A DNA stretch of 64,000 bases, taken from Bacteroidota bacterium. Lineage in GTDB: Bacteria; Bacteroidota; Bacteroidia; Sphingobacteriales; Sphingobacteriaceae. Under the pieces are notes generated by a model that was given only the letters and a program-made list of their open reading frames with translations, was not told the origin of the DNA and searched no databases. The DNA lies in NCBI GenBank assembly GCA_013286565.1, contig JABDFM010000001.1:13500-77499 (forward strand). Reading direction: 5' to 3'. A program made the position numbers and the translations under genes. Of this stretch, positions 28,222 to 36,469 are shown piece by piece (position 1 is the stretch's first letter; each line of letters starts with the position of its first letter).

Positions 28222-29232
28222 TTAACTCATTGCCTCGATAATCTGCACTACCCGTGAAAGAAACAGATCCGCATAGGCGTTTCCGCCGCTGATTCTTTTA
28301 CCCACATTACGAATGCTGGCATTGGCCGTATCCGGGCTTGTTCCGTCGATGCCGCCGAGATAGTTCCCATGGCCGGCGTTATGCAGGCTGATTCCTTCGG
28401 AGGCGACCAGCAGGTCGCTGTTCATGAAAAGTTCGTCCCATTCCGCGTTAGCAGACATAGTGGCCACGCCGTCATTGTCTTTCCCCCAGCCACCCCAGGT
28501 CGCCTTTGCGTTTACCACCGCCTGGTTGGCGCCCATGTAGGCAAGCACAAAATCGATAATATCCTTGTAGCCATCGCGGCTCGTTGTCTGGATGAGCCCG
28601 CGCCCCCGGAACTTATAAAAATCAGCTTCCAGTACAAAACCTGTAATGGTAGGATCAGTGGAAACGGGATAGGGATCGGCCGGATTAGTTGCCTGCGTTG
28701 GATACAGTTCCCCTTGCCAGACAACATTTGTAGTATTGGCGAGCCTGTCGGAGAGCGGTCTGCCGTTGAAATTAGCTAAATAGTCCGGATCATTGAAGAG
28801 ATCGAAGCAGGTTTTGTTTCCCGCGAGCGTATTATAGGAATGCTTGAGTCCCGCAATAGCGTCGAAAGCGTAAGCGATGCCGGGATGGTTAGCCGCACTA
28901 ATCGAATTTACTTTCTCACTTATGGGCGTCAACAGCCCACCGGTTTCATTAATAATAATACCCTGCAGCGAAAGGAATTGCAGCAGGCTGATATCCGCTG
29001 AGGAGAAAACCAGGCTGATATAATCATTTTGCCAGAACCGGTTGAAACTATCAGTAGTATCCTGACTGCTGTTGATGTTCAGATCTTCCCAGTTCGATTT
29101 TTCGCCAATATTTTCCCGGAACCAGAGAATAAAGTCTTTTTGAAAATTGTTTTGAAAATAATTATTGATATCGTCTGTTTTTGAAAAACGGAGCGTATTG
29201 GTTTTGTCCAGAAAATCTTGCGTGATAGGCAT
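28222..29232 (-). CDS. GH19-like lysozyme/chitinase-fold peptidoglycan hydrolase
   Basis: INETGG (HETGG-like catalytic Glu), YKFRGRGLIQTT..DGY (GH19 GRG.IQLT..NY signature), KRISGG (R.INGG-like). No signal peptide. Confidence 0.72.
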   Translation of the reverse strand: MPITQDFLDKTNTLRFSKTDDINNYFQNNFQKDFILWFRENIGEKSNWEDLNINSSQDTTDSFNRFWQNDYISLVFSSADISLLQFLSLQGIIINETGGLLTPISEKVNSISAANHPGIAYAFDAIAGLKHSYNTLAGNKTCFDLFNDPDYLANFNGRPLSDRLANTTNVVWQGELYPTQATNPADPYPVSTDPTITGFVLEADFYKFRGRGLIQTTSRDGYKDIIDFVLAYMGANQAVVNAKATWGGWGKDNDGVATMSANAEWDELFMNSDLLVASEGISLHNAGHGNYLGGIDGTSPDTANASIRNVGKRISGGNAYADLFLSRVVQIIEAMS

Positions 29233-29249
29233 TTTTTTTTTTCGATGGG

Positions 29250-30245
29250 TTAAGAAAGCTGGATTTTTATGGGCATAGGTGTATTGGCGTTGAGCGTAAA
29301 TGTGCCTTTGCCTTTATAGGATGCTGTTTTTCCCGGAATGGCTTGGCTGCCGGACAGATCAATGCTATAGTCGGCAAAGGGCATGTTCCGTGCTTCGTAC
29401 TGGTTCGGGCCTATATTTTTTGCGCTGACGACACCGGTGTTGCTAGGGGTGGTGATCCTGACGTCTGCCGTAGTAACCCCGGCTTTTATCAGGGCTAAAA
29501 TGTCGGGATCCTTGCTGTTGCCTGCAATCAATTCAATGGTAAGGTCGCCTGGCTTTCCGGTTGCCGGTACATTCTCCCTTGCTTTTAAGGTTAGATAAGT
29601 CGCGCTGCTGATCCCGGTGAGCGCCAGCAAGGTCGAACTGAGGTCGGGAAGAAATTGCGGCGGCTTGTTTGGCATAGGCGGATTATTGTATTTATAAAAG
29701 TATATAATGATCGCAACGACTGTCCACACTACATTCTGGAAACGTTGAAGCGAAATCCCATCTTTATCCGAAAGAATATCTTTTAAAAAGTTGCCGCTGG
29801 ACGGCGTATCCTGAGACCGGACTATGCCCTGCTGGATCTCGGAAGTATCCAGGACGGCCCCTCCAACAAAAGTTGCTGCAGATATGCCCATTAGGGTCAG
29901 CGCCGTGGTGTTCAGATCTACCGGCGAGTGACCGTCCCACAAAACAGCGTAGATGTAAAAGGACGACAAGATCGTGATCCATACCGCCAGTTGCGTCCGC
30001 GAGAGCGAATAGGGTGGTTTGCCCTTCATCGCATCCGGGTTAGCGACGATATCCCTCAACAGGTCTGACCCGAAGGCGAGTGAGACAAATACGCCGAATA
30101 TCAGCGATAACGACAAGCCAGTTATCCATTTATTGGGGTTGTGTCCGGCGTGATTTGCACAATCGATTAACCAAATAGCGGTGTAAACGATAATAGCTGC
30201 AACTACCCAAATGGTTGATTTGTTTTTTTGTGTATCAGTGCTCAT
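29250..30245 (-). CDS. Multi-pass membrane protein with a duplicated helical-hairpin repeat (holin-like candidate)
   Basis: Two N-terminal TM helices plus two repeats, SLSRTQLAVW...LTLMGISAATF and SLQRFQNVVW...LALTGISSATY, then a soluble beta-rich tail. Confidence 0.75.
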   Translation of the reverse strand: MSTDTQKNKSTIWVVAAIIVYTAIWLIDCANHAGHNPNKWITGLSLSLIFGVFVSLAFGSDLLRDIVANPDAMKGKPPYSLSRTQLAVWITILSSFYIYAVLWDGHSPVDLNTTALTLMGISAATFVGGAVLDTSEIQQGIVRSQDTPSSGNFLKDILSDKDGISLQRFQNVVWTVVAIIIYFYKYNNPPMPNKPPQFLPDLSSTLLALTGISSATYLTLKARENVPATGKPGDLTIELIAGNSKDPDILALIKAGVTTADVRITTPSNTGVVSAKNIGPNQYEARNMPFADYSIDLSGSQAIPGKTASYKGKGTFTLNANTPMPIKIQLS

Positions 30246-30838
30246 GATAATTGGGGGTTTTTGAGGTTTAATTCAAATGTGTGTTCGCCGATATGTTCAG
30301 CTTGAACGCCGGCGATCACTTCATTGATAAATTTCGCTTTATCTACGTTTCTGCCGGGGCAGTCTTTGTGGGTCGTTTTTGGATCCTCCTTATGTAGTTT
30401 CATGGTTTTAGGATCTAAGCCCAAAACACCGCTGAGGATGGCAATCGCGGCAACGGCGTTTTGCTGAACCAACTGACCACGCCCGCTATCGAACAGGTCA
30501 TTGTCGTAATTACCAAGCATTTCAACCCCCAAAGAAATTGCATTCCACGAAGGTGCATGGACGCCTGTTGTCGTAAGAGGCGTAAAAACCCATATCTGGT
30601 GATCATCTACAAAAAGGTGCGGTCCGGCGCTCCAGTGTTTCTCATCCCGGTAGTAGTTAACGAAACCGTCTATGGTATTTTTCGTGATACCATTAGGGCA
30701 GTCGGCAAGTGCTGGTACGCCTGTATTGTGCAAAACGATGAATGAGGGACGCCATGATGTCCAGTGAAGTGACTGGCAATAGGTTCTGAAGCCGTCGGTC
30801 TGAAAACTGAGACCGACGATAGGTTTCCATGTTGGCAT
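30242..30838 (-). CDS. N-acetylmuramoyl-L-alanine amidase (Amidase_2/PGRP-like)
   Basis: IVLHNT, GPHLFVD, GVHAPSWNAISLGVEM, LHKED..THKDCPG (His/His/Cys Zn ligands). Start ATG 30838; ATGA overlap with the next gene. Confidence 0.88.
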   Translation of the reverse strand: MPTWKPIVGLSFQTDGFRTYCQSLHWTSWRPSFIVLHNTGVPALADCPNGITKNTIDGFVNYYRDEKHWSAGPHLFVDDHQIWVFTPLTTTGVHAPSWNAISLGVEMLGNYDNDLFDSGRGQLVQQNAVAAIAILSGVLGLDPKTMKLHKEDPKTTHKDCPGRNVDKAKFINEVIAGVQAEHIGEHTFELNLKNPQLS

Positions 30839-30890
30839 TTTAATAATGTTGAAGTGGAGTGGGAACATACCGCAATTGCTGCGGAACAAC

Positions 30891-30922
30891 CAAATGTAAA
30901 AACACAAAATGAATTTAACAAG
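30891..30922 (-). promoter_or_regulatory. Putative Bacteroidetes primary-sigma promoter for the amidase-to-giant-protein operon
   Basis: Minus strand CTTG-N20-TACATTTG fits the -33 TTTG / -7 TAnnTTTG consensus, about 53 bp upstream of the amidase ATG. Confidence 0.5.
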
Positions 30923-31022
30923 GGGTGAAAACACCTATTTTTCAGAAAGTTACGACGAAAAAAATCAGATCTCCGGCGGGTGGAATTTGCGTTTAGTTAC
31001 AAATACAAAGGGCGGGCACTTT

Positions 31023-31340
31023 TTACGCGCCGGTGGCAAACTGCACATGCATCGGGTTAGAGGTATTAGGACGGTAATTATGGCCGTCTCCTGTTTGGTC
31101 GACGCGTGTCTGGTGGAGCCATTGCCGGATGGCATCATCAGTCGCCCCTGCGCCAAGCGCTTCTTTTGCATAAGCCCAAATCTCCGTCAGCACAGTAGTG
31201 AATGAATCAGCAAGTAGTTTGTGGATATGAATGCCGGGTACCGGTACAATGGGTTGGTGGTCATCCTGGTAATAAAGCTGCCATCCGGCAGGTGGCCGCA
31301 CACGTGCAATAATTGTCGGATAGCCGTTAGGTGGGTTCAT
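31023..31340 (-). pseudogene. M15-family metallopeptidase with the catalytic core deleted
   Basis: IHIHKLLADSFTTVL and DQTGDGHNYRP join directly to the terminal PMHVQFA; the S.H..G.A.D zinc-binding segment is missing. Confidence 0.6.
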
Positions 31341-31858
31341 GATTTATCTTCCTTTACTTCGTATATTTTTTGCGCATAGTGTGGGTCTCCACCTTTTTCA
31401 TAAGTAAATTGAGCGTTTATTTTTATAAACTTAATATCACCAGGAATATTGAGCGCATAATTAAATGCCTGGTTGATGCCGGGACGGACGAAATAATATT
31501 CATCTGTGATAGGTACAAGATTTTTGATCTCCACTATTGCCCTGGGAAACTCGACGATCTGGCCGTCAAAATGATCGCCCGTCAACTGCTCGTTTTTTTC
31601 TATGCCAGAAACCTTCAAACTAATGGTTTCAAAGCGATGCTCTACATTGCCCTTATTTTCAGCATGGATCGTCAGCGAAGCAAGATATGCGCCATCTTGT
31701 GGTCCCCAGAATTCGCATTCTACATCGAACTGGATCCTGGGCCGGAGTGGATCTTCTCTTAAAAAACGGATATAGGTGTAAATAGCCGTGAAGACCAGTG
31801 CAAAGGCCTGAAGGCCATCGAAGCAAATTTCTAATAAAGATTTTGAAGCGTGACACAT
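31337..31858 (-). CDS. Hypothetical protein with N-terminal TM anchor
   Basis: Hydrophobic GLQAFALVFTAIYTYIRF followed by a beta-rich domain; ATGA overlap with the M15 remnant. Confidence 0.72.
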   Translation of the reverse strand: MCHASKSLLEICFDGLQAFALVFTAIYTYIRFLREDPLRPRIQFDVECEFWGPQDGAYLASLTIHAENKGNVEHRFETISLKVSGIEKNEQLTGDHFDGQIVEFPRAIVEIKNLVPITDEYYFVRPGINQAFNYALNIPGDIKFIKINAQFTYEKGGDPHYAQKIYEVKEDKS

Positions 31859-32043
31859 TTATATTAAAGTTTGAAAAGAACCTTCGTTAAACTTGGTTAG
31901 CTATGAAGTAGAATCGAATCCTTTGGACATTTTGGCTGATAAAATTATAGGTCTTTAAAAGTTAAACCTACGAATGGTATTTGAAAGTTCCAAATGTAAT
32001 GAACTGTTATATAATAATCTACTACAAATAATAGGGCATTATA

Positions 32044-32071
32044 AACGGGGTGGCCAACCGGCCGCCCCGTT
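32044..32071. terminator. GC-rich hairpin, possible terminator
   Basis: AACGGGGTGGCC-AACC-GGCCGCCCCGTT, a 12-bp stem with one G-T pair. Confidence 0.45.
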
Positions 32072-32317
32072 CCGGCATTTCAGAGTTAGTCCTCATCCGT
32101 CAAATTCACCACAGGAGCCGTTTCAAATTATTATTACCTGTGGCGCGGGTCGCGAGCGGTCAAAATCTATATTTTTTCTGCAATTAAGAAACTTGAACAA
32201 GAAAACGTACACAAAGGTATCTGGCCGGTTAAAAATACAATAGAAATAGTCGTATATAAACGGTTTTATACGTTTAGGAATAAAATAGAGGTGAGTATTT
32301 TTAATACTATTACAGGG

Positions 32318-32625
32318 ATGGAAGCAGCGGAGCAAGGTTCTGTAATTTATTCGCCGGCGGCGGTATTGAATTTGTTTAATAATTCGATTTCACTGTAGCA
32401 GAGCAGCGGCTGATCCGGTTGGGGGGCAGTTGGGGAAGGGGCGTTTATATAACGAGGCTTATTTATTATGATAGTTTGCGGGATGAGTCTTCGGACGCGC
32501 AGATTACACTGATCGTGTCCACACTGATCCGGAAGGAGTTGCAGCCGAAAAAAACGGGAATTTACACCTTTAGAAACGTCTTTAAACGAGTAATATTTAT
32601 CTTCGTACACGAGCCGAAAAAATAA
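32318..32625 (+). pseudogene. Decayed 5' fragment of an exonuclease VII large-subunit-like (OB-fold) gene of Bacteroidetes mobile elements
   Basis: MEAAEQGSVIYSPAAVLNLFNNSIS, then a stop/frameshift, then YYDSLRDESSDAQITLIV. Family recognised from memory only. Confidence 0.45.
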
Positions 32626-32647
32626 ATAATTTATTCATCCACGTTTC

Positions 32648-34009
32648 ATGTCTAAACCACCTGCCATAACTTCCATTCTATGTATCCCGGAACGACTTTC
32701 CTATACCGTAAATGACCGGTTGGAGCAATATGCAAGTTTCACAACAATTACTGATGCAGAGCCGACAAATGTAGTTTCCAGGGGTGTGGCCCTGATATGT
32801 TTACATGAGTGGGGAGGTGGGGATCTCAAATTGACGCACATCGGTATTCTGCAAAAACAGCAGCGGGTTGCAACAGGGCAGGTGCGTGTAAAATGTTTAG
32901 ATGCTATTGAAATCAAGGGGGTAGAAATCGAGGATTTGATCGCAGCATTACCCAAGCATTTACAAATTTATGCTAAGCGAGCTTTTTTGGAATCCTACAC
33001 TAAAGTGTCGGAAAAGCTGGGCGAAGCGTTACTGGAAACCTTACTGATTTTTGTTCCAGAGCAGGGGGACAAAATCGATGTATTATTTGAAAAGATAAAA
33101 TTGCCTAACCCTTTGCAACGCTCAGAACGAGAAACGGATGCCGCAGCCGAACGGGATGCAGTTGGCATCGCCCTTGACATTTTTGGTGTACAGCGTTCTA
33201 ATATCCTGCGGCGGTGGGATCAAAATAAGGGGCTGGGCGAAACCTTTCTAAGAGGCTTCGAAGAATATACCAGTTACGAGGATGATATTATTGGTTATGA
33301 CCTGCATACACTGCCGGGTTGGTCTGCAATTAAAGAATCCATTACCGGAGGAGTGGTTGAATTTGAAAATATTAACCGTAAGAAACTGACGATTATCAAC
33401 GCCAACAGAAAACCAACGGAAAAGGCGACCGGCGTTGACCTGATTTATTTCCACCGGAAATATGAAGCCTTCACCTGTGTGCAATACAAAATGATGGATC
33501 AAAAAGATTCCAAAAACAATATGTATTACAACCCAAATCAATCTTCGCACAACGAAGAATTAGGCCGCATGAAAGATCTGCGCGAGTTGTTAAACCGAGA
33601 GGAAAAAGGAGAATCTTTAAAGGATTACCGTTTTTCCGATTGCCCAATATTTTTCAAACTTTGCAAGAAACTGGAAGTAAAAAATAATGAGGGCAAAATC
33701 GCGCCAGGGGCGTATATTCCTTTAGATCAGTGGGAGCGGTTATTGACTGACCCCTCAACCCTTGGAAAGCGGGATGGGCGGCAGATTGGCTATCACACGT
33801 TAAACGGCAGATACCTGAGAACTCAAACCTTTGTGGATATAGTGCAATACGGCATGATCGGTACACAGGCGGATGGCTCAGCAAAATTGGCTCGCTTCGT
33901 TGAATCTGCCATCGAAGAAGGAATTTCAGTCATCTACGCGATAGACCGCAGGACGCTCAAGCTTCCTTCAGCGGAAAGCGACGAAGAAGATGCGGACATT
34001 GAAAAATAA
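32648..34009 (+). CDS. Putative PD-(D/E)xK-superfamily nuclease
   Basis: 453-aa ORF with EKATGVDLIYF...FTCVQYK, matching the E..G.D...QxK restriction-endonuclease-like pattern. Confidence 0.55.
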   Translation: MSKPPAITSILCIPERLSYTVNDRLEQYASFTTITDAEPTNVVSRGVALICLHEWGGGDLKLTHIGILQKQQRVATGQVRVKCLDAIEIKGVEIEDLIAALPKHLQIYAKRAFLESYTKVSEKLGEALLETLLIFVPEQGDKIDVLFEKIKLPNPLQRSERETDAAAERDAVGIALDIFGVQRSNILRRWDQNKGLGETFLRGFEEYTSYEDDIIGYDLHTLPGWSAIKESITGGVVEFENINRKKLTIINANRKPTEKATGVDLIYFHRKYEAFTCVQYKMMDQKDSKNNMYYNPNQSSHNEELGRMKDLRELLNREEKGESLKDYRFSDCPIFFKLCKKLEVKNNEGKIAPGAYIPLDQWERLLTDPSTLGKRDGRQIGYHTLNGRYLRTQTFVDIVQYGMIGTQADGSAKLARFVESAIEEGISVIYAIDRRTLKLPSAESDEEDADIEK

Positions 34010-34201
34010 TGTTGAGAAGATGGTAGCCGCTGGCCCGATAGGTCCAAAACACAATTTGCCAAAGGCTTTTCATGACGCAAAATGATAAAAAAACGTTATT
34101 TCACCGCTTTAGGTAATGAATACACTTTGTCGTTACTAAATTTGAGCGTATATTTAGCCTTTGTGGTCAGTATTACTAAACCTGATTTCGTGATATTTTA
34201 A

Positions 34202-35629
34202 ATGGGTAGGAGAAAGTCTGCAAATTCCGCACAGGGTATAATCGCGCTCCTGGCCATGATGGTAGCCGTTGTTGTGTTTATATTTACCGCCCTTGTTTAC
34301 TTGGTTAAATTAATTATCAAACTAACGGCCCATAAAAATTCAATGCCAGCGATGTCAGAAACCGGAAATTAAAATGAACCATCCATCATCGACGTCGATC
34401 AGAATACCATACCCATTCGTTTTGAAAATGACCCTGTATTAAAAAAATATAGCCCCGGTGTTCCTTCTTGGACGCATCATTACGTCTATGCTGCGAGCGA
34501 AATCAATAGTGCGGGGCCCGAACAACGCGCTTTTTACGCTTTTTTTAAAAAGTCCTTCCTGGCAGGGGAATTTATCGACCTGGAGGGGAATACGAATTAC
34601 GGTTTCATCCTATATTTTGACCTGCTAAAGGAATACCAGGGACATAAAGACCTTCCGCTGCTTGAAAAACAACTGAAGAACCTGGAGCTCAGTTGTCCGC
34701 GTACCGCATCATACGCACGCTCCTTTATTCTGGGGGAAATGCGCCGTTTGGGTGATGCAGATGGGATCAGCCGGCTGGAAAGTCAATGGACCACTGTGTT
34801 TACGCAGCGGCCGGATTACCTGAATTGGGATTGGCGGAATATCTATGAGAAAAAGATGCAGCTCAATAAAGAGGAAGCCGCATTATTAGCCCATATTTGG
34901 TTGTCCTCCAGTACCTTTATGAATGTCGAGTTTTGTCGTATACAAGTGATCCGGCTTTACCTGGAACTGGTTAAGACCTTACGCGATGCTTATGCACAGG
35001 CAGGCACCGATACAGAAAAAGAATTCCCTATTATCCTGGACGTTATTGCAAGAAAGCAAAATAAGTATCACTTGAATAGCCCAAATTATAAATATGTGAT
35101 TTCGCATAGCGATCAATTATATATGTACCTCGTCCGGTATGCAGAAAACCTGGTGCGGGACCTGTATGGCAACACGCGCAAAATCAACTTGGAAACTTAT
35201 TATAGTCATGAACAGGTTAAACTCATCCTCCAGGAAAGGATTTTCAGCCATTTAGAAGCCAAAACACCCGGGCTACTGGCACAGTTGGTACCCTTGGACG
35301 AAACAAGTGAGATCGAACTTAATGCCATTAATCCCGCCCGCTGGCGGAGCCAGGTTGCAGGAATTTCAGATTTGTCGAAACTGGAGAATGTGGCGCGTTT
35401 GAACGTAAAAAACCCCTCGCTTGACCTTGTCTTTTACGAACTCAGCCGGCAACTGGCAACGGCCGATAAGACGCAATCCTTGGTTTATTATTTTAAACAC
35501 CTCCATTTTACCTTGCAGCATAAGAAAGTTTTTAAATTGCTTACGGCCGCCCAACGCAAGCAGCTATTTACCACCCCTGAACAGGGCCTTTATCTTAGTA
35601 AGCGTTTTGACGATGGGTATGGCAATTGA
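34202..35629 (+). pseudogene. TerB-N/TerB-C-type protein with an internal stop and 3' truncation
   Basis: ATG 34202, TM segment, in-frame TAA at 34370-34372, then VPSWTHHYVY...EQRAFY..FKKSFLAGEFIDLEGNTNYGFILYFDLL in the same frame as the 34739 ORF. Similarity ends abruptly near 35585. Confidence 0.65.
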
Positions 35630-36293
35630 ACTGAAGCTGTATTTACTGGAGCTGGCTGGCAAAAAATATTACGTGGGCCAGTCGGATGACCCTGAATTCC
35701 GATTCAGCGAACACCTCGGGAGCAAAGGTGCGAAATGGACGCGGCGGTACAAGCCACTTCGAATAGCAAAAATCCAAACGCTGACCGTGGAGAGTGCAAA
35801 GGAGGCCATGCTTTATGAAAATTGGATGACCCTACAGGCCATGGAACGTTATGGCTGGGAAAATGTCCGGGGTGGGGACTTTTTGGTAATTGAAACTTAT
35901 CTGCTTAAAGAAAGGCTGGAACATATTTATGACTTTGACCAGAACAAGATCAAGTATTATGTTCCGCGCAATCGCTATCTGTTTGGCGCGTCCGAGGACT
36001 GGCTGATTTATGTACTTGAGCTTTGCAATGGCCGTTTTTATATTGGCAGTTGTAAGCATTTGGGCAAGGCGCTGGGCGAACACTTTAATGGCAAGGGAAT
36101 CGCCTGGACACAAGAGAACCCGGCAATAAGGGTTTTGGAAGTTATCACCGTTAAACCAGGCTCAGAAAGTTATCTTGAATTGAAAAGCAGGTTGGTGAAT
36201 GACTATATTTTGCGATATGGATGGGAGAATGTTTTGGGTGGACAGATGCCAAAAAAGGAACAATTTTTTAGCGGAAAATTGGTTGGAGAATAA
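35619..36293 (+). CDS. Tandem GIY-YIG nuclease-domain protein
   Basis: Domain 1 LYLLEL..KKYYVGQS...RFSEH...E...YGWENVRGG; domain 2 IYVLEL..GRFYIGSC...EHF...YGWENVLGG. Start ATG 35613 or 35619. Confidence 0.82.
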   Translation: MAIELKLYLLELAGKKYYVGQSDDPEFRFSEHLGSKGAKWTRRYKPLRIAKIQTLTVESAKEAMLYENWMTLQAMERYGWENVRGGDFLVIETYLLKERLEHIYDFDQNKIKYYVPRNRYLFGASEDWLIYVLELCNGRFYIGSCKHLGKALGEHFNGKGIAWTQENPAIRVLEVITVKPGSESYLELKSRLVNDYILRYGWENVLGGQMPKKEQFFSGKLVGE

Positions 36294-36451
36294 GCTTGAA
36301 AAATAATTTATTTTAGATTTTGATTTTCAAAAATAATGTCCAATTTAGTGTTTCAACTCGGAGAAGTTTTCCACAATAAAAACCCAAAAAAAGCCTGTAG
36401 CTATTTTGTAACTTAAAATAAGTAACTCATTTACAGTCAATTAGTTGCAGT

Positions 36452-36469
36452 TTCTGTATCGGCAAGTAG
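36452..36469 (+). repeat. attR-like duplicate of the mnmE 3' end
   Basis: TTC TGT ATC GGC AAG TAG = FCIGK-stop, 13/18 identical to 14527-14544 with all five differences at third codon positions. Confidence 0.85.

Larger units (their letters stand above)
14527..36469. mobile_element. Degenerate genomic island integrated at the 3' end of mnmE (~22 kb)
   Basis: Bounded by TTTTGCATTGGGAAATAG (14527-14544) and TTCTGTATCGGCAAGTAG (36452-36469), both encoding FCIGK-stop. It begins with an excisionase-like Zn/HTH gene and carries accessory cargo and pseudogenes. Confidence 0.85.

Noticed and set aside
15734-30745. Numerous short plus-strand ORFs within the island operon
   Set aside because: They are antisense shadows of long, GC-richer minus-strand genes and have no motifs.
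15631-31858. Prophage, tailocin, contractile injection system or T6SS interpretation of the lysis-like genes
   Set aside because: No recognisable terminase, capsid, sheath, tube, baseplate, VgrG or PAAR motifs. It cannot be fully excluded without profile searches.
35421-35618. N-terminal extension of the GIY-YIG ORF
   Set aside because: It overlaps the TerB-like frame; the domain begins right after ATG 35613/35619.
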